A DNA stretch of 64,000 nt from Desulfomonilia bacterium (lineage in GTDB: Bacteria > Desulfobacterota > Desulfomonilia > UBA1062), in contig JBEKDT010000002.1 in NCBI GenBank assembly GCA_050014195.1, positions 96,001-160,000 on the forward strand, written 5' to 3'. How positions within the stretch are numbered: position 1 is the stretch's first letter; each line of letters opens with the position of its first letter. A model generated the notes under the pieces. It was not told the DNA's origin. It saw nothing but the letters and a program-made list of their open reading frames with translations, and did not search any database. Position numbers and translations under genes: made by a program. Below are positions 39,884-49,396 of the stretch, piece after piece.

Positions 39884-40426
39884 ATGGCACGTGATCCCAG
39901 GGATACGAAAAAGAAAAAGGTGATCGAGGTGCTCAACAAGGCCCGGTCTATGGAGCTGCAGGCTATCTATCAATACATGAACCAGCACTATAACCTGGAC
40001 AACATGGATTACGGGGATCTGGCACTGAAGGTCAAGCTGATCGCCATCGATGAGATGCGCCATGCCGAGATGTTTGCCGAGAGGATCAAGGAGCTTGACG
40101 GTGAACCCACCGCAGATGCTGCCGCAAAGGTCGAAAAGGGGCAGAAGATCGAGGCGGTCTTTCCCTTTGATGCCAAGCTCGAGGATGACACCATCGATAT
40201 TTACAACCAGTTTCTGCTGATATGCCGGGAGAACGGCGACAGTACGAGCATGAAACTCTTCGAGACCATCATTGATGAAGAGCAGATCCATTTCAATTAC
40301 TTTGACAATGTCGCGGATCACATTGACAAGCTCGGTGCAGCCTTTCTCTCTCAGATTGCAGGGACTCCGGCCGATACCGCGACACCGGCCCAGGGCTTTA
40401 TTGCAACCCAGGGCGGCGGTGCATAA
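39884..40426 (+). CDS. bfr: bacterioferritin
   Basis: GGAGGT RBS; EL.AI.QYM.QH, IDEMRHAE, LE, DEEQIH ferroxidase ligands. Confidence 0.85.
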   Translation: MARDPRDTKKKKVIEVLNKARSMELQAIYQYMNQHYNLDNMDYGDLALKVKLIAIDEMRHAEMFAERIKELDGEPTADAAAKVEKGQKIEAVFPFDAKLEDDTIDIYNQFLLICRENGDSTSMKLFETIIDEEQIHFNYFDNVADHIDKLGAAFLSQIAGTPADTATPAQGFIATQGGGA

Positions 40427-40506
40427 CTCAACATGCCCTGCTGAATCGTTTCTCTAAACGGTTAATCAGAAAGGCTCTGAGCATGAAATAAATTGAAAGG
40501 ACTAAA

Positions 40507-41007
40507 ATGAGTCATTCGACGGGGCATTCTATGCATGAAAAGGCGTTTCAGGAGTACTATCCGGACCGCCTGAGCCATTGCTATGGATGCGGCCGCCTCA
40601 ATGAGCACGGCCTCCATATCAAGAGCTACTGGGATGGAGATGAAAGTGTGGCGCTGTTTACCCCGCAGCCTTATCACATTGCAATCCCCGGTTATGTGTA
40701 CGGCGGGTTGATTGCATCCCTCATAGACTGCCACTCAACCGGCACCGCATCTGCTGCGGCATACCGGGAAGAAGGCCGCGAAATGGGGACTGAACCAGCC
40801 ATAAGATTCGTAACCGCGTCATTGCACGTGGATTATCTGCATCCTACTCCGTTGGGAGTGGAGCTTACACTCAGGGGAAAGATAAAGGAAATCAAAGGGC
40901 GCAAGGTCATAGTGACCGTCACGGTCTCTGCCCGGGGAATTGTGTGCGTGCGGGGTGAAGTGGTAGCCGTAAAGATGCCCGAGCATATGAATCCTTTAAT
41001 GGAATAA
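40507..41007 (+). CDS. PaaI/hotdog-fold thioesterase
   Basis: HCYGCG..N.HGL, PG.VYGGLIASLIDCH, VTASL.VDY..PTP. Confidence 0.88.
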   Translation: MSHSTGHSMHEKAFQEYYPDRLSHCYGCGRLNEHGLHIKSYWDGDESVALFTPQPYHIAIPGYVYGGLIASLIDCHSTGTASAAAYREEGREMGTEPAIRFVTASLHVDYLHPTPLGVELTLRGKIKEIKGRKVIVTVTVSARGIVCVRGEVVAVKMPEHMNPLME

Positions 41008-41039
41008 AGGTATTCTCAACAAATAGGGAAAAGGAATCT

Positions 41040-41255
41040 ATGGGGCTGTTTAAAATTGATTTTCAGCTTGTCGTCATTACCGCAATTGTGTCTCTCGTTG
41101 CAACAGTTGCAATCGTCTTTATGATAAACATCATGCAACCGGGATTAATTGTTCTAAAAGGAGGAACCGCCCTTTTCATATATATAGGAGTTTTTACCGC
41201 GAACCTCATCATAGAAGCTGCCCGTCAACGCTCCGAGAGAAATAGAAAGATGTAG
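41040..41255 (+). CDS. small two-TM membrane protein
   Basis: AAAGGA RBS; two hydrophobic segments and a basic C-terminus. Confidence 0.6.
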   Translation: MGLFKIDFQLVVITAIVSLVATVAIVFMINIMQPGLIVLKGGTALFIYIGVFTANLIIEAARQRSERNRKM

Positions 41256-41341
41256 TATGCATATCTGAGTTATTCATCCATTGAATAAAAAGGCCTTGGC
41301 TCCTTCATATGATCACTATGCACGCATTTCACAGTCACTAT

Positions 41342-42331
41342 TCACTTTTTCTGATCACTCATTACTGCCTCCACCTGCCTGTGGATATACTCCTTGAAGT
41401 CCAACTTTTTTTTAATGATCCTTCTTATGTCCGATCGTTTGAGCCATCTGGTGTATAGCCAGATCCATTGCTCCGGGTGTTTCCTGACTATCGAAGCCAC
41501 CCAAGACTGCATGAAGTCGCTCAAAGCCTGGATGGCATCATACCCCTCTCCGAAGTACCCGGGATCCATGGCCTTTTCGAAACAGATCCGATGAGTTCCG
41601 TTCAGCTTCACGGTGTACAGCGGCAGCACCAGGGCATTGCCCTTGAGGGCGATGAATGCAGGCCCTGGGTTGGTGATGGCAGGCAGACCGAAGAAGTTAC
41701 ACAAAAGTGCCCTTTTGCCCTTGGTCCGCAGGTCCACCATCATGCTGATGATCCTCCCTTTCTTCAGTTCCCTGATGAGCATGAGGGCCTTGCCTTTGGG
41801 CGGCAGGAAGGTGATCCCCGAACGGGAGCGTATCTCGTGTATGATGGATTCAAGCTGCGGATCCTTGCGTAGTTCTGCCATGTGGCAGAGCTGAATGCCG
41901 AAAAGCCTCGGGACATTCGAGAGAATCTCCCAGTTCCCGATGTGGCCCATGAATATCATGATGCCCCGTTTGCTTGCCAGGGCCTCGTCCAGGTGCTCTT
42001 TGCCCTCCACCTCGACGCGAGCATTGATCTCAGCATCGCTCATGTAGGCATATCTTATTGCATCCACCAGGATCTCTCCCTGGTTTATGAATACCTTCAG
42101 CACTATGTACCAGACATGCTTAAGCCCGAGCGCTGCTTGCATTTGGATGCTGGCAATCTTTCGGTGGAACGGATCTACAAGCCAGGCGATTACGCCGAGA
42201 GACCGGAAAAAATTGAGAACAAAGGAGTAGGGCAGGTATCGGATAAGCCAGATCAAGACAAGGAGCATATGATATTTTATTTGTTGCACAATGGCGGAGA
42301 ATAATTTCATGCCATTAAAGGTTTGTTTCAC
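41342..42331 (-). CDS. lipid A acyltransferase (LpxL/HtrB family)
   Basis: EG.EHL..AL...RG, GHIGNWE, FFG.PA, P.QWIW...RW. Confidence 0.85.
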   Translation of the reverse strand: MKQTFNGMKLFSAIVQQIKYHMLLVLIWLIRYLPYSFVLNFFRSLGVIAWLVDPFHRKIASIQMQAALGLKHVWYIVLKVFINQGEILVDAIRYAYMSDAEINARVEVEGKEHLDEALASKRGIMIFMGHIGNWEILSNVPRLFGIQLCHMAELRKDPQLESIIHEIRSRSGITFLPPKGKALMLIRELKKGRIISMMVDLRTKGKRALLCNFFGLPAITNPGPAFIALKGNALVLPLYTVKLNGTHRICFEKAMDPGYFGEGYDAIQALSDFMQSWVASIVRKHPEQWIWLYTRWLKRSDIRRIIKKKLDFKEYIHRQVEAVMSDQKK

Positions 42332-42617
42332 GTCTAATGCCCTTTCCTCTCTGCTTTAGGACACGCCTTTGAGGTCTTTCGCCTGAGTGAGTATAAATGT
42401 CCTTTTGCGAACCGTGTCTTGTTCAGCCACTTTTCAGCGCAAAAACGCCAATCAGTGGGAATCTATATCTTTTTCTTACCATCGCATTTTTCAAGTCTTG
42501 CCCTCTTCCTAGTTTATAGACCCTTGTGCAATTAACTCATTTAGATATCTGACCCCAATTTACCCAATCTCTCTGGCTCCGGAAGCTGTATTTCCTCTAC
42601 AAATCCGGTTTATTGAA

Positions 42618-44720
42618 TCAATGTGGAGTCTCCTGCTTTTCGAGTTCCTCTTTGGACTTCTGCTGCTTTTGGAGTTCCTCCTTGGACTTCTCCCGTTTAA
42701 CCGGCTTTGCAGGATTCTCTTTCTTCGGGGCTACGCCCGGAGCCGGTTTTGCCGGTTTGACGCGTTCAGGTCCCGGCTGCTCGGGCCGTACCGGCTGCTT
42801 CTGTGGCCTGCCGATTTGACCGGGCTTTTCAGGTTGGCCGGGTATTTGTGGAGCGACCCGTTCCGGTATCCTGGTTTTGCCGGGTTTTTCCTGCAGAGCA
42901 GGCCGTGCCGGTTTGACGCGTTCTGATCCCACCTGTTCGGGCCGTACCGGCTGCTTCTGTGGCCTGCCGACTTGACCGGGCTTTTCAGATTGGCCGGGTA
43001 TTTGCGGAGCGACTCGTTCCGGTACCCTGGCTTTGCCGGGTTTTTCCTGCAGAGCAGGCCGTGCCGGTTTGACGCGTTCTGATCCCACCTGCTCGGGCCG
43101 TACCGGCGGCTTCTGTGGCTTGCCAAGTTGAACTGGACGTGTTTCTGTTGCTGCCTCTCCGCGCTTTTTGATTTCTTTTTGCTGAAACGGCACTTGAGAT
43201 TCCGGCCGATTTACCTCTTTAGCTGGTACTATACGGTTCGTGATCTTGGGCGACGCAACCCGGGATTCCCGGTTAACCCTGCCTTCCGGGGTGCGCTTTA
43301 CTTGCTGCTGAAGCACGGCGGCGTTTTCTTTACCCTTGTGGATGGTCGTTTCATTTTGCTGGATACGTTTGATTACGCTATTGTGCGGCTTCTGGTTTAC
43401 CGGTTTGTTCGTGTAGTTGTAACGCTGCTTGTTCGTCCCGTAGTTGTTAACCACCGTATTATTGACTACCGGCGCGGCACGGTAGTTGTTGATGATGGTG
43501 GTGTTGTTTATGTTGGTCACCCGGACATTTCTGTAATTGTTCACTTTATAAAAATTGTTCTGGTTGACCACGATGGCACGATCTGCGTAGGCATAATTCC
43601 GGACGTTGATGTTGATCCGGGTGATGTTGACATTATTCACAACCACCGTATGAGGGCCTCCCCAGTGGCGGTGACTGTAATAGGTCTCGCGCGGTGCCAG
43701 AGGCACCCACCCCACATAGGCCCCGCTGTGAATCCATGAAACCCTGCCGGGGTTCCAGAAAAAACCCACGTTGAGCATGGGAAGACCTATCTGCACCATT
43801 GCTACAGGCGGAGCCCAGTACCAGTTATCGCTTACATAAACCCAGTTGCCGTAATGGTGGGTGATGTAACCGAAAGGCTCTGCCGGGATCCATGCTTGAT
43901 CCCCGTACCAATCGGTCCAGCGGCCCATGGTAAAAGGTGACCAGCCTACGGCTACGGTGGTAGGCCGCCAGAACCAGCGCCCGCTTCCCTCATAGGGAAC
44001 CCTCTCCCACCTCCCATTCTCCTCAAGGATATATGCCTCGTCCCGGAGGCTAGGCGGGAGATAATCGGCAGAATGCCCCCGATGCCTTATCCTGTCCGCC
44101 CAAATATTTTCACGAGTGGAGTTCCACCGGTCCCAGTCCGGATCGACGGTTCCTTCACCTGATGACACCTGGTTCTGGTCGGCAAGTATCGATGGAGAAC
44201 CGACCGCCACGTCGTATCTGGCCTCAGTTGCCGAGTGGACGAAACTCACTTTCCCCCTTACCGCAACCACTTCGACGGAGTTGTCGCCCACGTAGAAGTC
44301 AAAGACCGTGCCCGGATAGGCCAAGACGTACCCGAACGGACTTGTGACTTTTATGGCGGTATTGGAGCTTTTATTGTAGAATCGAGCCACGCCCGAAGCT
44401 ACGTCCATTTCAGACAGGTCTGTGTCAAGGGCGATAAACTCGATCTGTGTGCTGTTCCCGGTCCTGATCCAGGTCCCGTTGGGAACAATCAACTCTGCCC
44501 TCCCCGTGCTTCCTGAATAGAGGGTGTCCCCTGCACCGAATGGCGCGTCCTTGACTACAGCCACCCAGTCCTTTTCATCGAGAACATAACCGAGCAGATC
44601 CCCTTCGATATGGTAGACGCGGCCAACCACCACGGCCGGCTCTTCAGCCGCCAGGGAGGGAAGAACCATAATATTCATTGAGACAAACAGAAGGACCAGT
44701 GATTTAAACCATTTCTTCAT
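42618..44720 (-). CDS. secreted FecR + DUF6600 domain protein with Pro/Lys-rich repetitive tail
   Basis: Signal peptide; FecR-like N-domain; W-rich GW.PF..GRW..EPFG..THHYG.W..GWVPLAP; N-rich linker; PQK repeats. Confidence 0.8.
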   Translation of the reverse strand: MKKWFKSLVLLFVSMNIMVLPSLAAEEPAVVVGRVYHIEGDLLGYVLDEKDWVAVVKDAPFGAGDTLYSGSTGRAELIVPNGTWIRTGNSTQIEFIALDTDLSEMDVASGVARFYNKSSNTAIKVTSPFGYVLAYPGTVFDFYVGDNSVEVVAVRGKVSFVHSATEARYDVAVGSPSILADQNQVSSGEGTVDPDWDRWNSTRENIWADRIRHRGHSADYLPPSLRDEAYILEENGRWERVPYEGSGRWFWRPTTVAVGWSPFTMGRWTDWYGDQAWIPAEPFGYITHHYGNWVYVSDNWYWAPPVAMVQIGLPMLNVGFFWNPGRVSWIHSGAYVGWVPLAPRETYYSHRHWGGPHTVVVNNVNITRININVRNYAYADRAIVVNQNNFYKVNNYRNVRVTNINNTTIINNYRAAPVVNNTVVNNYGTNKQRYNYTNKPVNQKPHNSVIKRIQQNETTIHKGKENAAVLQQQVKRTPEGRVNRESRVASPKITNRIVPAKEVNRPESQVPFQQKEIKKRGEAATETRPVQLGKPQKPPVRPEQVGSERVKPARPALQEKPGKARVPERVAPQIPGQSEKPGQVGRPQKQPVRPEQVGSERVKPARPALQEKPGKTRIPERVAPQIPGQPEKPGQIGRPQKQPVRPEQPGPERVKPAKPAPGVAPKKENPAKPVKREKSKEELQKQQKSKEELEKQETPH
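42745..43123 (-). repeat. intragenic 156-bp (52-aa) tandem repeat, about 2.4 copies
   Basis: GCCGGTTTGACGCGTTC recurs at 42751, 42907 and 43063. Confidence 0.9.
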
Positions 44721-45394
44721 TCTTCTCTCCTCCCTGCAGGTTCATCTTTGACCTTTCCTTCAAAGCACATAAATAATTATAAGAACTATTGTTCCAGAGA
44801 ACAACTAGGGTACTGTGTGAAGACATATGTTAATCTTATAGAGTCAATCAACATGTTTGTTCTCATAGACCCGTTTTCCCTGAGTCTGATTTTTTATCAG
44901 CATTCCCACTGTTAGGCTATACGTCCCTGAATGAACCCGGAAATCAAAACAATAGGGAGTCCTTTTATTGGAACCTTACATATATAATCATCAAATTGTT
45001 CCATACAAGGGCGCATGATGAGACCCTGCTTTTAATAAACAACCTGATACATCTTCTCTAAGGTTAGATTGTAGATAACTTCGATAAATTAACGCTTTCA
45101 AAACAGCCCTAAAAGTTGAGGTTTTCGGATGTAATCTATACTCGAAAGCAACTCCTAATAAAGTCAATATAGTATCACGATCGTTATACAAGTTTATTCT
45201 CTCAGAAAGTACACATAGCATGAGGTAATCTTTACTCTGTCACTATTGAAGATATCATTTGGAGATCTCTACATGTTAAGCAGAGAGGCACAATATATAG
45301 ATCTATAAGAGATGCAAGATCCTTGATCATCACAAATCGCACTTTACTGTACGATAGCATCATAACTACTGCAGCTTCATCGAATGATCAGATC

Positions 45395-46534
45395 TCAACT
45401 ATTACATTTTAAACCCAAGATTTTTTCATAAAAATGTATGAGGGTTGATGCCTGTTTTTTATAGCTCCATCTGGTTTGTGCAGTCTCTTTTGCCTTTATC
45501 CCGAAGCCCTGCCTTTTCTCTTTGTTTGAAAGGAGTTCGATTATCTTTTCCGTAAGGACATCTTCTTCCGGCTTCACCACAAAACCATTGACCCCGTCAT
45601 CCACGAACTCAGGTAGCATGCCAAGATCGGAAACTATAGGCGGTATCCCCATGGACATCACCTCTCTTAATGCCCTGGCCGTTCCATCCGTCCCGGCCCT
45701 CATCATGACAAAGATATCGAATGCCGAGATCATGGAAAAATAATCGTCTGAACGGTACCCTGCTAGTATCATGTCGTTTTCTATCCCGAGTTCTTTAATC
45801 AAACCGTTCATGACGATATTGTCCCGGGACCCTCCCCTTCCCAGAACAAGCAGTTTTACTTTATCCATGCGGCCTTTGACCATCTTGAATGCCTTCAGGA
45901 TTATGTCATAGCCGCGGTCTTTTTTCAGTCTCCCCACAACCCCGATAATCCTTTCATCTTCATCGATATGAAAAACATGGCGTGCATCTTCTATTTCACC
46001 TTTATACGATTTCACCCCGGGAGGAATCACACAGGTCTTTTCCACAGGATATTCGAATGTCTTCGTATCGTGATCGATGTTCTTCTTGCTGTAGGCAACG
46101 AGTCCATCGGTTCCGGATAACGCCCATTTCATGAAAGGTCTGGCCGGTATTCCATCCCTTTTATGGTCAGTCCTCACGATCAGGGGTCTTCGTTTATAAA
46201 ATCTTAAAGAAAGGAGAGCAAGAAAATGGTCATGGTCAAGATTGGTATGGACAATATCTATCCCTTCTTGTTCGACATATCTCTTTATGTATTTTATGTC
46301 ATAAAGCCAGTCCTTCAAAGAAAAGTACCGGTTAAGCCTGAACCCCTCAAAAGAGCGTAACCCCCTTTGTTTAACCTCTTTCTCAACGGTATTTTCAGGA
46401 AAGTTTTGGTTGGGTGTCTTTCTGTATGCAATCCTGACATCGACCCCTTCTTTCATGAGGGCCTCGCAGAGGGAAACCACCGGTTCAGAAGACCCTGTCC
46501 ATTTCCAGTCGCTTAATAGATGGAGAACTTTCAT
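45395..46534 (-). CDS. glycosyltransferase family 4
   Basis: GT-B fold features: VGRL...RG, GYR.D, DIFV, E.MS.GIP.IVSD.G..PE.V.DG.NG; lower GC than neighbours. Confidence 0.88.
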   Translation of the reverse strand: MKVLHLLSDWKWTGSSEPVVSLCEALMKEGVDVRIAYRKTPNQNFPENTVEKEVKQRGLRSFEGFRLNRYFSLKDWLYDIKYIKRYVEQEGIDIVHTNLDHDHFLALLSLRFYKRRPLIVRTDHKRDGIPARPFMKWALSGTDGLVAYSKKNIDHDTKTFEYPVEKTCVIPPGVKSYKGEIEDARHVFHIDEDERIIGVVGRLKKDRGYDIILKAFKMVKGRMDKVKLLVLGRGGSRDNIVMNGLIKELGIENDMILAGYRSDDYFSMISAFDIFVMMRAGTDGTARALREVMSMGIPPIVSDLGMLPEFVDDGVNGFVVKPEEDVLTEKIIELLSNKEKRQGFGIKAKETAQTRWSYKKQASTLIHFYEKILGLKCNS

Positions 46535-46615
46535 TGTTCTTGATCCTCAAGGAGACGCTAACATTGCTGCTACTCGCTGATCAAGTCCTATATGAAATCA
46601 TCTCCGATACATACG

Positions 46616-47038
46616 CTATCTCTGATTCAAGAAAACCTCTTCGAGATGAATGCAAGCACAGGAACTTGATTTCAGCTCTTCAAGGGAACTGAAATCCCGG
46701 GCCTTTGTCCTTGTCTTATCATCCCATGCTACAAATATGATCACATCTTTGCCGTATATTCTGTCAAGGGCCGTCCAGAACCTGTAGAAAGTTGTTTCAC
46801 CGTCTTTGAAAGGATTATTCTGATCCTGATGCCACCCTTCACGAAAATCCGATAGAGTAAGACTCTGGGCTCGCAATTCACAAAGCTTTGTATTCCCAAG
46901 GACTGTGGCCCGGGTGAGGCGTTCGCCATAGGCCTTTGCATGGATGCACGCAAGGTTCATCTTGGTAAAGGCAAGAATGCAGATCATGAGTATGCACAGC
47001 GAGATCAACACTTCAATGAGGGTGAACCCTTTCTTCAT
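46616..47038 (-). CDS. type IV minor prepilin (PilV-like)
   Basis: MKKG|FTLIEVLISLCIL class III signal; ATGA overlap with the upstream gene. Confidence 0.85.
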   Translation of the reverse strand: MKKGFTLIEVLISLCILMICILAFTKMNLACIHAKAYGERLTRATVLGNTKLCELRAQSLTLSDFREGWHQDQNNPFKDGETTFYRFWTALDRIYGKDVIIFVAWDDKTRTKARDFSSLEELKSSSCACIHLEEVFLNQR

Positions 47039-47628
47039 TCGAGCTGCCTCCAAGAACTTATGTATTGATATACCAACACGGTGCCGGATGCCGGAAGTAT
47101 TCTCAGTGCGACCGACCGGTCGCTGGAGAATAGATAGACGGTCCCGGCATTGCAAGCGCCCATGGGAGAAAAGCATACACGATCATCAACAAAGCTGATG
47201 CCATCAGTCGGGATTAACGTATTATTCGGCCCGACCCGGGCGCGGGATCCGAATTTAATACCTTGCCCCAGTGTGTATGGCCCAAGTCGCTGTTCGCCCG
47301 GGTCATACCGGGCGTTCCCATTGATATCACCGAAGGCGCTCCATTGCCCCACTTCAGGTATAAATACAATTCGCCAATGAACCCCTTCCTGGATAGAACG
47401 CTCACGCACATGATGAAAGAACGCGCCCATCTGATCTGCCTGGTTTATAATTGCCTTTCTTGAAGAAAATGCACCGAGACCCGGAATGGCAATAGCAGCT
47501 ATAATACAGATAATGGCAAGGGTCACCACAAGCTCTGCAAGGGTAACCCCTCCACAGAGTCCCAGGGATCCTAGATGGTAACGAGGTCTGACCTTCCCAT
47601 TTCCTTTAAAATAGCATTTGCAATGCAT
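47035..47628 (-). CDS. GspH/FimT-like minor prepilin
   Basis: G|VTLAELVVTLAIICIIAAIAIPG; W..F.D.NGN...D.GE and F.P.G....GT.YL motifs; start uncertain. Confidence 0.8.
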   Translation of the reverse strand: MHCKCYFKGNGKVRPRYHLGSLGLCGGVTLAELVVTLAIICIIAAIAIPGLGAFSSRKAIINQADQMGAFFHHVRERSIQEGVHWRIVFIPEVGQWSAFGDINGNARYDPGEQRLGPYTLGQGIKFGSRARVGPNNTLIPTDGISFVDDRVCFSPMGACNAGTVYLFSSDRSVALRILPASGTVLVYQYISSWRQLE

Positions 47629-48293
47629 ACACCCCGGAAAAAATCGCCTTCATTGCCGAGACAAGCATATTTGTCCCGGTCACAGGCGTATATCCTCTCA
47701 ATAGGAGTAATATAACGTCGCCAATGAAAAAGTGAAGGGGGGTTAACATCTTCGGAAAAACGGAACCAGGGGCGTATCATATCGTTGCCCATGGGATTGA
47801 CCACTTCAAAGGACTGAAGCGGTACGGACAGAAAGGGCATAAGCCGAGACAGTCTCTTGGTTATCATCCCATGACTCATGTGTGACGGCCCTGCTCCGTA
47901 GATGCCTCAAGTAGCGCTGTGGCTTTGTAGATGATTTTTTGATCAGTGAAAGATATGTCTCATTGCTCTTTTTGACTCTGGTTCGGGTACTATCTGTTAT
48001 TCCGGGTTCCCTGGTGATGGCCTCGAAGGAGTCCATCAATTGCAAAACAAGCCCGTGCTCAGGCTCAATAGATTTCATCAGACGTTTATCGATTTTACTC
48101 AGAATCGGTTCGAGGAGGCCCCTTGAAAACGTCTCGGTAATCAACAGAGGGGTATCTGCCAAGAGCTCGTCGTTGGGGATGTTCGGGGAATTGTCAACCC
48201 ACAAACATGTCAATCGTTTACTTGTGAGATGCGCACATGCAAAAAGCCCTGATATGCCCTCTCCTGATGCGATACGTCATAGGTCCTTTTCAC
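47571..48293 (-). pseudogene. frameshifted, internally shortened FAD-dependent oxidoreductase (phytoene-dehydrogenase-like)
   Basis: GTG at 48293 overlaps the upstream stop; MKRTYDV then shift to IASGEGISGLFACAHL...LWVD (Rossmann motif); second shift near 47870 to RLMPFL...TPIERIY...LG.EG.F.RG...A..I. Confidence 0.6.
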
Positions 48294-48763
48294 AACATTA
48301 GCCCATCTTCATTCATCAGGCTAAGCCCCAGGTCTATAAGCATCGCTGAAGTTACGCCATAACCGCGCTGTAAATTCCCTTCTATCCAGACTGTATGGGT
48401 CCCGCACGAAGGGCTCTTCTCTTTTAGTATAGCATACCTCGCCCTGAGAATACGAGCAACTTTACATACCTGTCTGGCACCAAAGAGAAAGGCATGTGTT
48501 ACATCCTGGTCATGTATATCTCTGAGAAAAGCCCTGCCCCTGACAACCGCCGCCCCGTCTCCACCAACAAAATATGCATTCGGGCGTGGTGTGGGTAAAC
48601 CTCCAAGCTGTTCGGGACAGACAGGAATCATGATAATGTCTTGTATTTCCAGAATGGACCTGCGGGTCTTTGATGATCCGTCATATCTGCACCGGATGCC
48701 CAAGAGACAGGCGCTCACGAGAACCGGGCTTTCTAGCCGGCCAAAGGGGGATTGGCGATGCAT
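48290..48763 (-). CDS. DUF523 / thiouracil desulfidase (TudS/YbbK) family protein
   Basis: VSACLLG..CRYDG, PVCPEQLGGLPTPR, LKEKSPSCG. Confidence 0.9.
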   Translation of the reverse strand: MHRQSPFGRLESPVLVSACLLGIRCRYDGSSKTRRSILEIQDIIMIPVCPEQLGGLPTPRPNAYFVGGDGAAVVRGRAFLRDIHDQDVTHAFLFGARQVCKVARILRARYAILKEKSPSCGTHTVWIEGNLQRGYGVTSAMLIDLGLSLMNEDGLML

Positions 48764-49386
48764 GCCCCTTCATCCTTATCAAGGCCTTTGATGAATACCT
48801 TTCTCCCGACAATGGTGAGCCTGTCTTGTGCAAAAAGCTCTATTGCCTTTGGGTAAATCTTGTGTTCGAGCCGCAAAATGCGCTCTTTCAGGATGTCTTC
48901 AGTGTCATCCGGGTACACCGGGACCACGGCCTGGATAATTATGGGCCCGGTATCAACACCCTTATCCACAAAATGGACCGTGCATCCGGAAAACCTCACT
49001 CCATAGTCTATGGCCTTCTGGCGGACTCCCAACCCGGGAAAAGACGGCAGCAATGCAGGATGGATGTTCATGACCCTGCCGGGAAACTGCCTGAGGAATC
49101 CTGGTGTAAGCACACGCATGAATCCCGCCAGTGCCACCAGGTCAATCTCGAAGCTCTTAAGGATCTTAATGAGCTCCTCATCAAAGCTCTCTCTATCAGG
49201 ATATTGGGTGTGAGAAACTACCCGGGTCGGAATGCCTCTCTTCTGTGCACGATCCAGCGCGAATACACCGGGAAGATTACTGATGACGATTGATACTTGG
49301 CCATCTATTTCCGAGCGATCACAGGAGTCCATGATGGATTGAAGATTGCTTCCGCTACCCGAAACCAGAACGCCAATGTGAACCAC
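48733..49386 (-). CDS. purN: phosphoribosylglycinamide formyltransferase
   Basis: VLVSGSGSNLQ, LAGFMRVL, NIHPALLPSF.G, GCTVHFVD.GVDTGPII.Q; GTG start. Confidence 0.95.
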   Translation of the reverse strand: MVHIGVLVSGSGSNLQSIMDSCDRSEIDGQVSIVISNLPGVFALDRAQKRGIPTRVVSHTQYPDRESFDEELIKILKSFEIDLVALAGFMRVLTPGFLRQFPGRVMNIHPALLPSFPGLGVRQKAIDYGVRFSGCTVHFVDKGVDTGPIIIQAVVPVYPDDTEDILKERILRLEHKIYPKAIELFAQDRLTIVGRKVFIKGLDKDEGACIANPPLAG

Positions 49387-49396
49387 TTGTGTACCC

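Noticed and set aside
44991-45221. 76-aa ORF in low-GC intergenic DNA
   Set aside because: No RBS and no recognisable motif; may be a remnant but cannot be supported.
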